A stretch of DNA of 64,000 bases from a virus (taxonomy: Duplodnaviria > Caudoviricetes): the IMG/VR virus record IMGVR_UViG_3300002220_000029, positions 1-64,000 of that record; one strand, 5' to 3'. The position numbers and the translations under genes are program-made. Each line of letters opens with the position of its first letter. Positions within the stretch are counted from its first letter, which is position 1. Below the pieces are notes generated by a model. It saw only the letters and a program-made list of their open reading frames with translations, searched no databases and was not told the DNA's origin. This document shows positions 35,569-45,682 of the stretch, in pieces.

Positions 35569-37119
35569 ATGAAAGGAATTGAAGAATTGATTTTTGGAAT
35601 CAAGTCTGGATATTGTTATTTCTATGGTGAATCACAAGAAATCAACAAGACTGTGGCTGATATTGCAAAAGGTTTAACAGATCATTTTGCAGAGAGCAAA
35701 AATGGACTTCAATATGAAGTGTCTGTCTGGGATTTTGAATCTATCAATCCAGCTGGAGAAAGTATCTATAACAGCCCGGATGATATGTTGACAATGCTTG
35801 AAAATATTCAGGGCGGTTATGATTCTGTCAAGGCTGGAACAGTGGTGATTGCCAAAAATTTTAATTGGTTCTTGATTGATGATTACGGTAATTGCGACAA
35901 GGCCAAAACCAGCTGGCTGTTAAATCGGGCTGCAAAGTTCACCAGTACTGAATTTCGTAAGATCTTTATCATGGTTGGCAATGCCTCTTTTGATAAGGCG
36001 ATTCCTGAAGTACTAAGACGGGATTTTGCTAACATTCATTTTGATTTGCCCGATGAAATTGAGATTGAAAACATTTATGAATTTATCGTGGATTCTGCCA
36101 AAGAAAATCCTAAGTTTATCATGCCCACAGATAAAGAAAAGGCTCGTATCATTGCAGGAGCACGGGGATTAACCAAATCTGAAATTGTGAAAGTGTTTAG
36201 TTATAGTATCGTTAAAAACAAAGGAGTGTTCAATCCAGTAACGGTTGAAGAACTCAGAGCAGAAGAAATTAACTCCACGCCTGGACTCACAATTGGAACC
36301 TATGATAAAAAATTAGACGACCTTAAAGGTTACGAAGTGGCCAAAGAAATTGTTGATGAATGGATTGATGACCCTGAAGCCAAAGGCATTATGTTGCTTG
36401 GTCCTGCCGGTGTTGGAAAGACACATTTCTGCCAAAGCTTGGCTGGTCACTATAATCGGTTAATCATCGAATTAGAATTTGCTCAGTTAATGGGCGACGG
36501 TTTGGTAGGTCAGGCTGAAAAAGCAATGAAACGAGCGCTGGATGTCATTACGGCTAACGCTAATCCTGCATCACCCATCATTGTATTTGTTGATGAAATT
36601 GAAAAAGGCTTAGCGGGAACATCTGGTGCAGGTGGTCGTGGTGGAGCTAATGATGGCGGCACCACTGATCGCTCTAACGCTCAATTTCTGAAATTTCTTT
36701 CTGATGCCAGACCAAAGGGAATTTACTTTGTTGCCAGTTGTAATGACATCGAGAAATTGCCTGCAGCTTATGTAAGGGCAGAGAGATGGGACACGGCCCC
36801 CATTTTTGTTGATCTCCCTGCTAAGGCAGAGCAAATGGCAATTTTAAAGCATTATCAAGAGGTGTATGGAGTTGTTGCACAACCTTATGACATGGTGGGA
36901 TGGACAGGTGCTGAAATCAAAGCATGGTGTAAATTAGCCAGGAAGAAAATGGATAAAGGCAAAAATGCAAATGATGCTGACGAATTGATTGTGCCTGTTT
37001 CCAAAACTATGAGCAGAGAGATTGATTATCTGCGTAGTTGGAAAGAAGGCAGAACAGTTCCTGCATCCAGGAAAGTAGTTGTCAATCAGACAATGGGTGG
37101 GCGTAAATTAGAAATGTAA
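35569..37119 (+). CDS. AAA+ ATPase, Ycf46-like architecture
   Basis: Walker A GPAGVGKT, Walker B VFVDEIEK, second region of homology RAERWD, and a degenerate N-terminal AAA module. Confidence 0.85.
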   Translation: MKGIEELIFGIKSGYCYFYGESQEINKTVADIAKGLTDHFAESKNGLQYEVSVWDFESINPAGESIYNSPDDMLTMLENIQGGYDSVKAGTVVIAKNFNWFLIDDYGNCDKAKTSWLLNRAAKFTSTEFRKIFIMVGNASFDKAIPEVLRRDFANIHFDLPDEIEIENIYEFIVDSAKENPKFIMPTDKEKARIIAGARGLTKSEIVKVFSYSIVKNKGVFNPVTVEELRAEEINSTPGLTIGTYDKKLDDLKGYEVAKEIVDEWIDDPEAKGIMLLGPAGVGKTHFCQSLAGHYNRLIIELEFAQLMGDGLVGQAEKAMKRALDVITANANPASPIIVFVDEIEKGLAGTSGAGGRGGANDGGTTDRSNAQFLKFLSDARPKGIYFVASCNDIEKLPAAYVRAERWDTAPIFVDLPAKAEQMAILKHYQEVYGVVAQPYDMVGWTGAEIKAWCKLARKKMDKGKNANDADELIVPVSKTMSREIDYLRSWKEGRTVPASRKVVVNQTMGGRKLEM

Positions 37120-37143
37120 TTCAATAAAAAAAGGAGAAAGACT

Positions 37144-38028
37144 ATGATAAACGAAAACAATATTTTTGATCAAGGGATGTTAATTCATTTGAAAATGGGT
37201 GGCTATGAAGGCAGAATGAAACTGTCTGTCGATCAACTCAAGGATCTTCCTCAGGAGATTGTAAGAGGAGTACATGATCTTTTTGACAAAAGTTTCAAAG
37301 ACCTGCTTCGAGAAATTGGTTCTTTTGATAATGAAACTCGATGGGAAGTAAAAAGAAGATCTGTGCCATTTCCTATTGATGGGGTTTATTTTATCACGTC
37401 TGGTTACATTGAAAAGATTATTGAGCTTCTGGAACAGAGAAAAATTGGCAGACGGGAATTAATTGCTAAAGCCGTAGAGAATTACGATGTTGCCATTCAA
37501 ATCTTTTCGGAAAAGTATCCAGACTACTTTGAGAGAGCTAAACATAAGTACTTAACCAAAGATCGATTTCAACAAAGATTTTATTTCCAATATCAGTTTA
37601 TCAAAATCACTGCTCCCGATAAAAATGGTAAGTTCATTACGCCAGAAATGTATAAATTGGAAATGAAAAAATTCAAAGATACCATTAACGAGATGAAACA
37701 AGAAGTTCTTGGCACCATTTATCAATCCCTGTTGGAAGTAACAGGGCGATTGAAAAAACAGTGTACCGATGGCAAGCCCAATCAGAGAACGTTTAACAGC
37801 CTTAATGCTTTCTTGGCTCAGATTGATGATGTGTATTCTGACTTCATTGACCGAGATGATATGAAGGAAGCCATTAAGAAAATAAAGGCTCAGGTTTTGG
37901 GGATCGATGCCAATGATCTCAGAAGTTCAGAAGATTTGAAAGCCAAGTTTGGAAAAGAAATAGCAGCTTTAGGCGCTGAAATCAAGGCATTGCCTGACAT
38001 TCCTTTAAAAAGAGCTATTGATTTTTAG
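37144..38028 (+). CDS. DUF3150-like helical protein
   Basis: 294 aa with N-terminal beta motif and PF...GxY pattern, directly after the AAA+ gene. Confidence 0.5.
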   Translation: MINENNIFDQGMLIHLKMGGYEGRMKLSVDQLKDLPQEIVRGVHDLFDKSFKDLLREIGSFDNETRWEVKRRSVPFPIDGVYFITSGYIEKIIELLEQRKIGRRELIAKAVENYDVAIQIFSEKYPDYFERAKHKYLTKDRFQQRFYFQYQFIKITAPDKNGKFITPEMYKLEMKKFKDTINEMKQEVLGTIYQSLLEVTGRLKKQCTDGKPNQRTFNSLNAFLAQIDDVYSDFIDRDDMKEAIKKIKAQVLGIDANDLRSSEDLKAKFGKEIAALGAEIKALPDIPLKRAIDF

Positions 38029-38036
38029 GAGGTGTT

Positions 38037-38198
38037 GTGGGAGAAGCAAAGAGAAAACGTCAAATTATTTTGACAGGGAGATGGATAAGATTTGCGTATC
38101 TGCTGCGTAAGATAAGCAGCAGATACAGTGATAAGGAAATTATGGATTTTATCAAAAGGAGGAAAGATATATGCCCTGCCACGAAGTCAGAACAGTAA
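38037..38198 (+). CDS. Small basic hypothetical protein (53 aa)
   Basis: GGAGG RBS, GTG start, sequence MGEAKRKR... Confidence 0.45.
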   Translation: MGEAKRKRQIILTGRWIRFAYLLRKISSRYSDKEIMDFIKRRKDICPATKSEQ

Positions 38199-38497
38199 GT
38201 GTAGAATTTAAAGTAGGCAATATTGATTTACTCAAGAAGGTATTGGAAAAAATTGGATTCAAGAGAATTGAGTGGACTGAAGAAAATGTTAGATTTGAGA
38301 ATAACAAATCCATATTCAACATTAACTTTTTCGATAACAAAATTTCAAGCCGTTATGTTGATGCAAAAGAACTGGCCAACCTTTCTAACCAAATCAAGCG
38401 TGCCTACAGCGAACAAGTCATTGATGAAATTGCCAAAAGACAAAAGTGGATGAAGAAAAAGATGAGTGAAAACAAATTTCAACTTCAAAGATTTTAG
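38171..38497 (+). CDS. DUF1257/Ycf35-like protein
   Basis: Pattern V.FK..N.DLL..VL..IGF...L.Q...Y....I...A...W matches that family's layout. Confidence 0.55.
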   Translation: MPCHEVRTVSVEFKVGNIDLLKKVLEKIGFKRIEWTEENVRFENNKSIFNINFFDNKISSRYVDAKELANLSNQIKRAYSEQVIDEIAKRQKWMKKKMSENKFQLQRF

Positions 38498-38507
38498 GGA
38501 AGGACAC

Positions 38508-38786
38508 ATGAAAAACCTGGCAAAGGCCAATGATTTTATCAATACGGCAAGAGGAAATTATATCGTCGCACAAGCTCTGTATATCGCAAGCAAGGAAATG
38601 AAAAAGGTGCCTGCTCCTCATACAGAATACAGCAACATATCTGATATGGAATTTCTGCTGGATAATTTGTTTTCTAACTTCAAGGCAATTTTTGAGATGG
38701 AAGAAGACCACGCTGAAATTGCAAGAAGGGACTTTGAAAGAAAGGTCTACGAGGAGTGCGATAAAGAAGATAGGGAGGAGAAATAA
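38508..38786 (+). CDS. Hypothetical protein
   Basis: ATG at 38508 after GGAAGG. Confidence 0.6.
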   Translation: MKNLAKANDFINTARGNYIVAQALYIASKEMKKVPAPHTEYSNISDMEFLLDNLFSNFKAIFEMEEDHAEIARRDFERKVYEECDKEDREEK

Positions 38787-38789
38787 AAA

Positions 38790-38999
38790 ATGGACATCAT
38801 GAATTTCGAGATTTTAGAGGATGGAACCATTACGGTCAAAACGAGCGACATCAGCGATGGCAATCACATGAGTGCCGATGCGTTAATGGAGGAACTTGAT
38901 AAATTAATGGGCGGCCATGTTGATATTAAACAAAATCCCGACGCCCAGAAAAGAGCACACGTTCATGCCCACAAGCATGGCTTGGTTCATAATCATTAG
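38790..38999 (+). CDS. DUF2997-like small protein
   Basis: Starts MNFEILEDGTITVKT and has a His-rich tail. Confidence 0.6.
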   Translation: MDIMNFEILEDGTITVKTSDISDGNHMSADALMEELDKLMGGHVDIKQNPDAQKRAHVHAHKHGLVHNH

Positions 39000-39093
39000 G
39001 TTGAATGATCCTTTTAAAATATTTTAAAAGATTTTCTTTATTTCTTAGAAGAGATAGTATACAATAAGAAATAAATGAAAGGAGGAACAAATA

Positions 39094-39303
39094 TTGTCTA
39101 TTTCACTTAGTAGAAAAAAGGTCAAAAGAATCGTCCAAGGGGCCTATATTACTCACGAAGCAAAAGCTGCTTTAACCAGAGAGGCTCAAAGGCAGGACAT
39201 TTTTCTTTCCAGATTTGCTGCCGAGATTTTGGAAAAGGAAGCCAAACTAATTCTGAGGAGGGAATCTAAAGATGGCAAAAATCTTCCGACCACTGAAACC
39301 TAA
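39094..39303 (+). CDS. Ribbon-helix-helix-like DNA-binding protein
   Basis: Short strand plus two helices (GAYITHEAKAALTREAQRQDIFLSRFAAEIL). TTG start with GGAGG RBS and an AT-rich promoter-like region upstream. Confidence 0.55.
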   Translation: MSISLSRKKVKRIVQGAYITHEAKAALTREAQRQDIFLSRFAAEILEKEAKLILRRESKDGKNLPTTET

Positions 39304-39625
39304 AATGTTTTGTGGGAATTGCCAGTCTTTTTTAGGAAGTAAAAAGTGTATTGCTGATGAAGATTCTGAAGAAGAAGGCAAGTTTCGTAACTGTAGAGTG
39401 GGAGGTCAAAAGGTTACCTCTCGCTCTACATCCTGTAATGAATTCAAATTGAAACATACTTTTTTCTGTCAAAGACATGACCAAAGTTATGATGTGCTTA
39501 TGTGCCTGGCCAGGCAAAAGAAAAATCATCCAGGATGTTCAGTGAGGTGTCAACAAGGTAAAATGTTTAAACGATATACAGAATATCAAAAAGGAGCAGG
39601 AGACAATGCGAATAGATATGAATAA
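39272..39625 (+). CDS. Cys-rich (Zn-binding) hypothetical protein
   Basis: Contains CGNC and eight further Cys plus His. Confidence 0.55.
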   Translation: MAKIFRPLKPKMFCGNCQSFLGSKKCIADEDSEEEGKFRNCRVGGQKVTSRSTSCNEFKLKHTFFCQRHDQSYDVLMCLARQKKNHPGCSVRCQQGKMFKRYTEYQKGAGDNANRYE

Positions 39626-39977
39626 AAGATTATTACAACTGGCATGGAATGCCATAGATGTCAATAATTACGTGCCTGTCGATGATGTTTCTGTGTTTAA
39701 TCAACTGGTAGACCATAATAATCCAGAAGTTATCTATATGGAAATTGAAAGGAAGAATATAATTAAAAAGGCATACGCTAATCTTTCCAGCGAGGCTAAG
39801 CAAGTGATTCAAATAGTTTTAGATGCTCCCAACGAGATAATGGAAATAATCGCCAGCCCCAGAACTCGGCTGATAAGTCAAAAAAGAATTGAATCAATGA
39901 TGAGAAGACAGTGGAAAGAAAAATCATACACCAAACAGGTCATGAAGGAATTAAATAATTTTGTTAAAAATTTTTAA
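39606..39977 (+). CDS. Hypothetical protein (possible DNA-binding regulator)
   Basis: 123-aa helical ORF. Confidence 0.5.
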   Translation: MRIDMNKRLLQLAWNAIDVNNYVPVDDVSVFNQLVDHNNPEVIYMEIERKNIIKKAYANLSSEAKQVIQIVLDAPNEIMEIIASPRTRLISQKRIESMMRRQWKEKSYTKQVMKELNNFVKNF

Positions 39978-39983
39978 AGGAAA

Positions 39984-41390
39984 ATGATGCTTATTAAATT
40001 TATTGATCCTATTTATTGTCAGGCAGATCCTAAACAAGATATTCAAAAAATCAAGTCTTGTTTGGAATACCCTTCTGAACATTGGAAACAAGGTCCTTTT
40101 AGAAAAGTTAAAAAGACAGGCACTGCTTTCCTTTGTGATCAGCGTAGTGGAAAATTCCTGGCAGGCTTGTATCCAAGAGTGATCAAGTATTGTAGAGACA
40201 ATGCCATTCTGGCAGATACTCAGCCTTTGCTTGATTCCTTAAAAACCGGGAAGCCAAGTCTGCCAGGGATTGATCTGCGACAAGATCAGATCGAACTGTT
40301 ACAAAAGGTCAATGAACACAAAAGGGGATTGTTAGTAGCACCTCCTGGCATTGGCAAGACAGTTTTAGCAGGCTCTATTATTTCGCAGTATCCAAAATCA
40401 AAAGCGATAATGGTCGTGCATACCAATTCTCTTTTCCAACAGACGATCGAAAATTTCAAGAATTGGTTTGGAGAACAATCGATAGGCATCATTGGCGACA
40501 GTGTTTATTCACCAGCCAGAGTCAATGTAGTTATGTCTAAAACAGCGTTTTCTATTTGTAGCCGTAATGAAAACGGCAAATATTCAAATGTAAATTATAA
40601 CAATTTCTTTGACCTATTGGCTGCTGCTGATGTTTTAATAATTGATGAAAGCCACCATTGTGGACAATTAAAAGGGTCTTATTCAGATATCTTTGAACGA
40701 TGTTTAGCCCCTATCAGAATTGGATTAACAGCGACACCCAATACCAAGAAAAAAGAATCTCTTATTATCGAAGGCTATCTGGGTCCAGTGATTGGCCAAC
40801 TAACAATTCAAGAAGGAATGGAAAGAGGTCTTTTGGCCACACCAAAAGTAAAATTAATTCCTGTGCCACTGAATACCACCATTGGAGAATTTCGGTCATA
40901 TCAAGAAATCTATAAACATGGCATTATTTTAAACAAGGCCAGAAATCGACTGATTGTAAAAGAGGCGGCAGAAAGAATATCGAATGGCGAGTCTGTTTTA
41001 ATTATGATTACAGACGTGATACACGAACAAGGCGTCATGCTTCAAGAGATGGGGCGGGATATCTATGGTCTCGATATTGATCTTGTCCAAGGGTCAACAG
41101 AAACAGAAACACGTGAGAGAATTAAAAAGGCATTGCAATCAAAACAGACGAGATGTGTTACAACCACAACCATCTGGAGAGAAGGCATCAATATTCCATC
41201 TTTGGATTGTGTAATTTGGGCTTCTGGAGGGAAGTCTGACATTGCCACACTTCAAGGTCTTGGCCGTGGTTTGAGAACGACCGATGAAAAAAAGACCTTC
41301 ACGATCGTTGATTTTCTTGATCCATACAAATACTTGAGCCAACACACAATTCAGCGTTTGAGAATTTATGTTGAGAACGGATGTTTATGA
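39984..41390 (+). CDS. SF2 DEAD/DEAH helicase (UvsW-like)
   Basis: Motifs APPGIGKT, IIDESHH, GLTATP, EGINIP and QGLGRGLR. Confidence 0.9.
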   Translation: MMLIKFIDPIYCQADPKQDIQKIKSCLEYPSEHWKQGPFRKVKKTGTAFLCDQRSGKFLAGLYPRVIKYCRDNAILADTQPLLDSLKTGKPSLPGIDLRQDQIELLQKVNEHKRGLLVAPPGIGKTVLAGSIISQYPKSKAIMVVHTNSLFQQTIENFKNWFGEQSIGIIGDSVYSPARVNVVMSKTAFSICSRNENGKYSNVNYNNFFDLLAAADVLIIDESHHCGQLKGSYSDIFERCLAPIRIGLTATPNTKKKESLIIEGYLGPVIGQLTIQEGMERGLLATPKVKLIPVPLNTTIGEFRSYQEIYKHGIILNKARNRLIVKEAAERISNGESVLIMITDVIHEQGVMLQEMGRDIYGLDIDLVQGSTETETRERIKKALQSKQTRCVTTTTIWREGINIPSLDCVIWASGGKSDIATLQGLGRGLRTTDEKKTFTIVDFLDPYKYLSQHTIQRLRIYVENGCL

Positions 41391-42310
41391 ACATGGACCT
41401 GGAGTTAGTGGATACCAAATCTCTCCTGTCGGATCTTGATATTGAATACAAGACTTCAGGAAAAAATATAGGCTCGGGTTGTATTGGAATTGTTTGCCCA
41501 TTTTGTGGGGACCAATCGAACCACTGCGGAATCTTCATTAAAAAGAACCTATTCAAATGCTGGGTCTGTGGCCAAAAGGGGTCAATTGTCCATTTGATCA
41601 AAGAAATCAAAGGGATATCGTTTCGAAAATCAGTCAATATCATTAGAGACTATGTCCAAGACAGTAGTCTTTATCGCCTTAATGAAAAAGATTTGACTGA
41701 AGCCAATTCTGTAAGGAGTAATAGACAGTCTGTCGCGTATCCATCCCCGATTTTAGACTCTATTCCTGAACCTCATAGGCAATATCTTTTGTCCAGGAAT
41801 TTTGACCCCGATCTTCTTATTAAAAAATATGGCCTAAAATTTACTTATAATACGGGTGACTATCGGTTCAGAATCATAGCCCCAATCTCTGTTGGTGGCA
41901 AAGCAGTATCATGGATTGCTGCTGATGTAATCAGAAAAGGTGGGATTCCATACTTGAAATGTCCTTTGGAGATGTCCATCATATCGGTTAATAATTGTCT
42001 TTACAATATTGATTCGGTTGGATCTGTGGCCATTCTTGTTGAGGGAATAACAGATGTGTGGCGTATGGGCGATGGCTGCGTAGCTTCAATGACCAAGTCA
42101 ATAAATTCTGCTCAAATACAACAGCTCTCTGATCATGGGGTTAAGAAGGTTATTATTATGTTTGATGCTGATGCTATTGACGGAGCGAAGATCGCAGCTG
42201 GCAAATTACGTGGACTTTTCTCTGTTGATGTGATAGAACTATCTGAAGGAGATCCTGCTGATTTGTTAGCCAGTGATGTCATGGATTTGCGGGCGGAAAT
42301 TTTTTCTTAA
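41381..42310 (+). CDS. dnaG: DNA primase (Zn finger plus TOPRIM)
   Basis: CPFC...CWVC Zn ribbon, VEGITD, MFDAD and GDPAD motifs. Confidence 0.85.
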   Translation: MFMNMDLELVDTKSLLSDLDIEYKTSGKNIGSGCIGIVCPFCGDQSNHCGIFIKKNLFKCWVCGQKGSIVHLIKEIKGISFRKSVNIIRDYVQDSSLYRLNEKDLTEANSVRSNRQSVAYPSPILDSIPEPHRQYLLSRNFDPDLLIKKYGLKFTYNTGDYRFRIIAPISVGGKAVSWIAADVIRKGGIPYLKCPLEMSIISVNNCLYNIDSVGSVAILVEGITDVWRMGDGCVASMTKSINSAQIQQLSDHGVKKVIIMFDADAIDGAKIAAGKLRGLFSVDVIELSEGDPADLLASDVMDLRAEIFS

Positions 42311-42405
42311 AAAATATCTTTTAATGCCAGAGATTTTATCTTATAATTATTTTAAAGGATAGATTGGTCAGGCAATCACCTTTAGCAAGGAACAAGGAAA
42401 GCAAA

Positions 42406-42561
42406 ATGAAAAAAAACCTTTTACGCATGGACCCGAGGTTATTGTTTTTGATAGCCTTGGTCCTGACAATCAAGTCTATCGTATTGTATGGCTTTCCTTG
42501 TACGATGGCCTTGGGTTCAGCCGTAAAAGGTTTTTTACTGGCTGAAATTTGGAGGGAATAA
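42406..42561 (+). CDS. Small hydrophobic hypothetical protein
   Basis: ATG after AAGGA, with one TM-like stretch. Confidence 0.35.
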   Translation: MKKNLLRMDPRLLFLIALVLTIKSIVLYGFPCTMALGSAVKGFLLAEIWRE

Positions 42562-42563
42562 AA

Positions 42564-44015
42564 ATGGAAAATGATGAATCTATCTTAATGGAAAAGCATA
42601 AATCCACACCATCAGGAATTGGTATCCCAGTAGAAGTTTTTTGTAATTATCAATTGACTCAAACAGAGAAAATGCTTTTTGGATACATTCAAAATCTAAG
42701 TAAATCATCAAAAGGGTGTTGGGCCTCTAACAAATATCTTGGTAAAATCACCGGGGTAGGAGAACAATCAATCACCAATTCACTCAGGACTCTCCAAGAT
42801 TACCAATACATTGTTGTTGAATTAGAAAAATCACCAAGAGGTATAAGCAGACATATTTTTATCAATCCGAATTATCTGGTCATTTATAAACCTCTTGTGG
42901 AGATTTTTTATGATAATCTTGATCAGCTTGATGCAGATCCACTATTAGAAAAATTATGCACTACCATAAAAAGAATTATAGACCCCCATAAAAAGAATTA
43001 TGACATAAAAGAATATATAAAAGGAGATGTAAAAGATACATCTTCTAAAGAAGATGATGGTTCTGAAGAACCATCATTGGAAAGGTCAATCCGTTTTACC
43101 AATCTTCGTCCAATAAGGATCAGCCCTTATAGAAATTTCAAAGAAGAAGCAAAAGAACTTTTCCTTTATTGGAACGGTAAAGGTAAGCCGCTTACAAAGC
43201 ATTTAGAAAAATCGAAGACCTTTACTGTCGCTCTTACAAGTTTAGATATTCTTATCCGTAGGAAATATACAGTGGAAGAAATAAAAAGGTCAATAGACAA
43301 TTATTTTTGGTTGATTACCTGGAAAGAATTTCTGTTAGCAGGATCGAAGAAATCGGGGACAGTTGTTGGATTACCTGAATTCATTAAGTTTGGAAAAGAT
43401 ACAAATGAAAGGATGGTCCTTTTTAATCCACTGCTTATAGAAAAAGGAGTAACCTCTTGGTTTGAAGAATGCCTCAATACACGAGACGTCCTTGAACAGA
43501 GATGGTCTAAATTGGTTAAAGATATGTATCCTAAAGAAACCAAAAAACTGAAAGAGCTTTGGTATGAATTTGGTGGCAGGCAATTAGATCCTGTTAATGA
43601 TGAAAATATCTTCCGCCAAATTTCAAAAAAGGCTCATAATTATTTTGAATCATTAAATGGAAAGTACCAATGGGGAACAGAAGAAAGGTATCCAATTGCG
43701 AGATTACACCACCTATTTGATGTTGGGCAAGCAGAAGGATGGGATTGGAAAAAAGCCCATCCAAAGTTCCTGTTGTCGCCAAAGATGTTTGAAGAGAAGC
43801 TTCCTGCTCATTGGGGAAGAATAGCAATGGCCGAAGCGTTAACAGACACAGAGAGGAAGGAAAGAGATAATACCCCAGAGGCCAGAGAGCGTATGGAATT
43901 CAATAGTCATTTTTCTCACGATCCAAATAGTACCAGAGAGAGAACACTGGCTATGATCGCCAGTCAAGCGAAGAATCAAAAGGAAGAAACTGTGGACGAA
44001 TTAAGAGATTATTGA
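42564..44015 (+). CDS. Replication initiator-like protein (N-terminal winged HTH)
   Basis: LTQTEKMLFGYI...GCWASNKYLG...I...L..L wHTH pattern, internal direct repeats, and position between primase and DnaB. Confidence 0.7.
   Translation: MENDESILMEKHKSTPSGIGIPVEVFCNYQLTQTEKMLFGYIQNLSKSSKGCWASNKYLGKITGVGEQSITNSLRTLQDYQYIVVELEKSPRGISRHIFINPNYLVIYKPLVEIFYDNLDQLDADPLLEKLCTTIKRIIDPHKKNYDIKEYIKGDVKDTSSKEDDGSEEPSLERSIRFTNLRPIRISPYRNFKEEAKELFLYWNGKGKPLTKHLEKSKTFTVALTSLDILIRRKYTVEEIKRSIDNYFWLITWKEFLLAGSKKSGTVVGLPEFIKFGKDTNERMVLFNPLLIEKGVTSWFEECLNTRDVLEQRWSKLVKDMYPKETKKLKELWYEFGGRQLDPVNDENIFRQISKKAHNYFESLNGKYQWGTEERYPIARLHHLFDVGQAEGWDWKKAHPKFLLSPKMFEEKLPAHWGRIAMAEALTDTERKERDNTPEARERMEFNSHFSHDPNSTRERTLAMIASQAKNQKEETVDELRDY
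42965..43016 (+). repeat. Iteron-like direct repeats in the initiator gene (candidate origin)
   Basis: CATAAAAAGAATTAT at 42965 and 42987 (22-bp period), plus CATAAAAGAATAT at 43004. Confidence 0.6.
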
Positions 44016-44030
44016 GAGGAGCAGACCGGG

Positions 44031-45581
44031 ATGACAAAGATTCGCAGATATTCGGTGGATAGAGACATCGAAAAAAAGATCGTAACAGGGATGATTGTTT
44101 CAGATGAATTTTGTACCAGTATCCAAAAGATGATCAAACCGCAGTATTTTCAAATTGATTATGCCAAGATTGTAGCGGGCTGGGTTCAAGAACATTTTAG
44201 ACATTACAAAAAGGCTCCGAAAAAAGATATTCAGACCATGTATCGGGCGGAGAAGGTTTCTTTAGATGAGGCTACTGGCAATTTGATTGGCAAATTCCTG
44301 AACAACCTTTCAGAGGCCTATGAAGAAGGCCCTTCTTTTAACCATGAGTATTTGTTAGATCAAGCCAGAGATTATTTCCGAGAGCGGTCTCTTTCCATTT
44401 TATCGGAAAAGGTCCAAGCCGATCTTCTTAGGGGTAGAATTGATCAAGCAGAAAAGGAAGTGAAGAACTTCAGCCGAGTTGTAAAAGAGCTTGGCACCGG
44501 GTTTAATCCTTTTGAAAAATCACACATCCTCAAAATGTTCAGCGTAGAGAATGATTTTATTTTCAGATTGCCAGAAGAGTTTGGCGATTTAGCGGGAGAT
44601 CTTGAAAGAGAATGGCTTGTTGCATTTATGGGGCCAATGAAAAGAGGCAAGAGTTGGATGTTACAAGAATTTGCTGTTCAAGCTTTATCGTGTCGGTTAA
44701 AGGTGGCGATTTTTAGTCTTGAGATGAGTGGGAGAGAAATAACAAAAAGAATATACAAGAGGCTGACCGGAATGAGTGAGAGATCTGGTCAAATTTCTTG
44801 GGCTACTTTTGATTGTGAACGGAATCAAGATAATACTTGTAATCGTCCAGAAAGGACTTGTTCAAAAGGCGTTAAGGTTCCTGGAGAGATTATCGTGGAA
44901 GCAAAAGAAGTAAGAGGATACAAGCCATGTGTAATTTGTAGGCCGACTGAAAAAGGCGATCCGGGCAATGGCGAGTACCGGCAAGCGACCTGGAAGATTT
45001 GGAAGGACCAAAAGGAGTCATTAGATTCAAAAATAGTTCTTAAGAAGGCCCGTGATTTTGAAAGGCTTTATGGGAGTAATTTACGAGTTAAATCATATCC
45101 ATCATTTATTGCCAGTTTTGATGATATTATTTCCGATTTGGACGATTTTTGGTATACAGAATCATTTGCTCCCGATGTGATTTGTATTGACTCGGTTGAT
45201 ATTATGGCTCCGCAAGGGAGTGGAAATCTTTCTGAGAGAGGTCAAGCAGATTGGGCGTGGAAAAGAGCAAAAGGGTTGGCCGGAGAGAGACATTGTTTGG
45301 TGGCCACTGTCCTCCAGAGCAATCGTGCGTCTATTACACAAAAGAGTGTCCAGCAAGAAAATACGTCGGAAGATATCAGGAAGTTAGCACATTCAGATAT
45401 TATGTTTGGTCTAAATCAGACTCCTGCTGAAAAGAAAAAAGGCGTAATGAGAGTGAGTGCTATTGTTCATCGCCATAAAGAATTCCAATTCGGTAAAGAT
45501 GTAATGATTTTACAATCATTAGGCATTGGCCAGCCACTTCTTGAAACGCAATGGAGTGAGGAAAAAGAAAAGGACGAGTAA
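44031..45581 (+). CDS. dnaB: DnaB-like replicative helicase with a Cys-rich insertion
   Basis: Motifs GPMKRGKS, FSLEM, CIDSVD, QSNR and SEDIRK. Confidence 0.85.
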   Translation: MTKIRRYSVDRDIEKKIVTGMIVSDEFCTSIQKMIKPQYFQIDYAKIVAGWVQEHFRHYKKAPKKDIQTMYRAEKVSLDEATGNLIGKFLNNLSEAYEEGPSFNHEYLLDQARDYFRERSLSILSEKVQADLLRGRIDQAEKEVKNFSRVVKELGTGFNPFEKSHILKMFSVENDFIFRLPEEFGDLAGDLEREWLVAFMGPMKRGKSWMLQEFAVQALSCRLKVAIFSLEMSGREITKRIYKRLTGMSERSGQISWATFDCERNQDNTCNRPERTCSKGVKVPGEIIVEAKEVRGYKPCVICRPTEKGDPGNGEYRQATWKIWKDQKESLDSKIVLKKARDFERLYGSNLRVKSYPSFIASFDDIISDLDDFWYTESFAPDVICIDSVDIMAPQGSGNLSERGQADWAWKRAKGLAGERHCLVATVLQSNRASITQKSVQQENTSEDIRKLAHSDIMFGLNQTPAEKKKGVMRVSAIVHRHKEFQFGKDVMILQSLGIGQPLLETQWSEEKEKDE

Positions 45582-45682
45582 AATAGTTGTAAAATAACTG
45601 GCTCAAATTTTCAAGAGTGGTCTATAATAGTTGTAAAGGTAGTTAAATTCTAACTGAGAATTAAAATGAAAGGAGAACGGAA

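Noticed and set aside
38096-38126. Perfect 11-bp inverted repeat GTATCTGCTGC/GCAGCAGATAC as a terminator or mobile-element end
   Set aside because: It has no U-tract, lies inside a plausible small ORF, and no transposase or second copy was seen.
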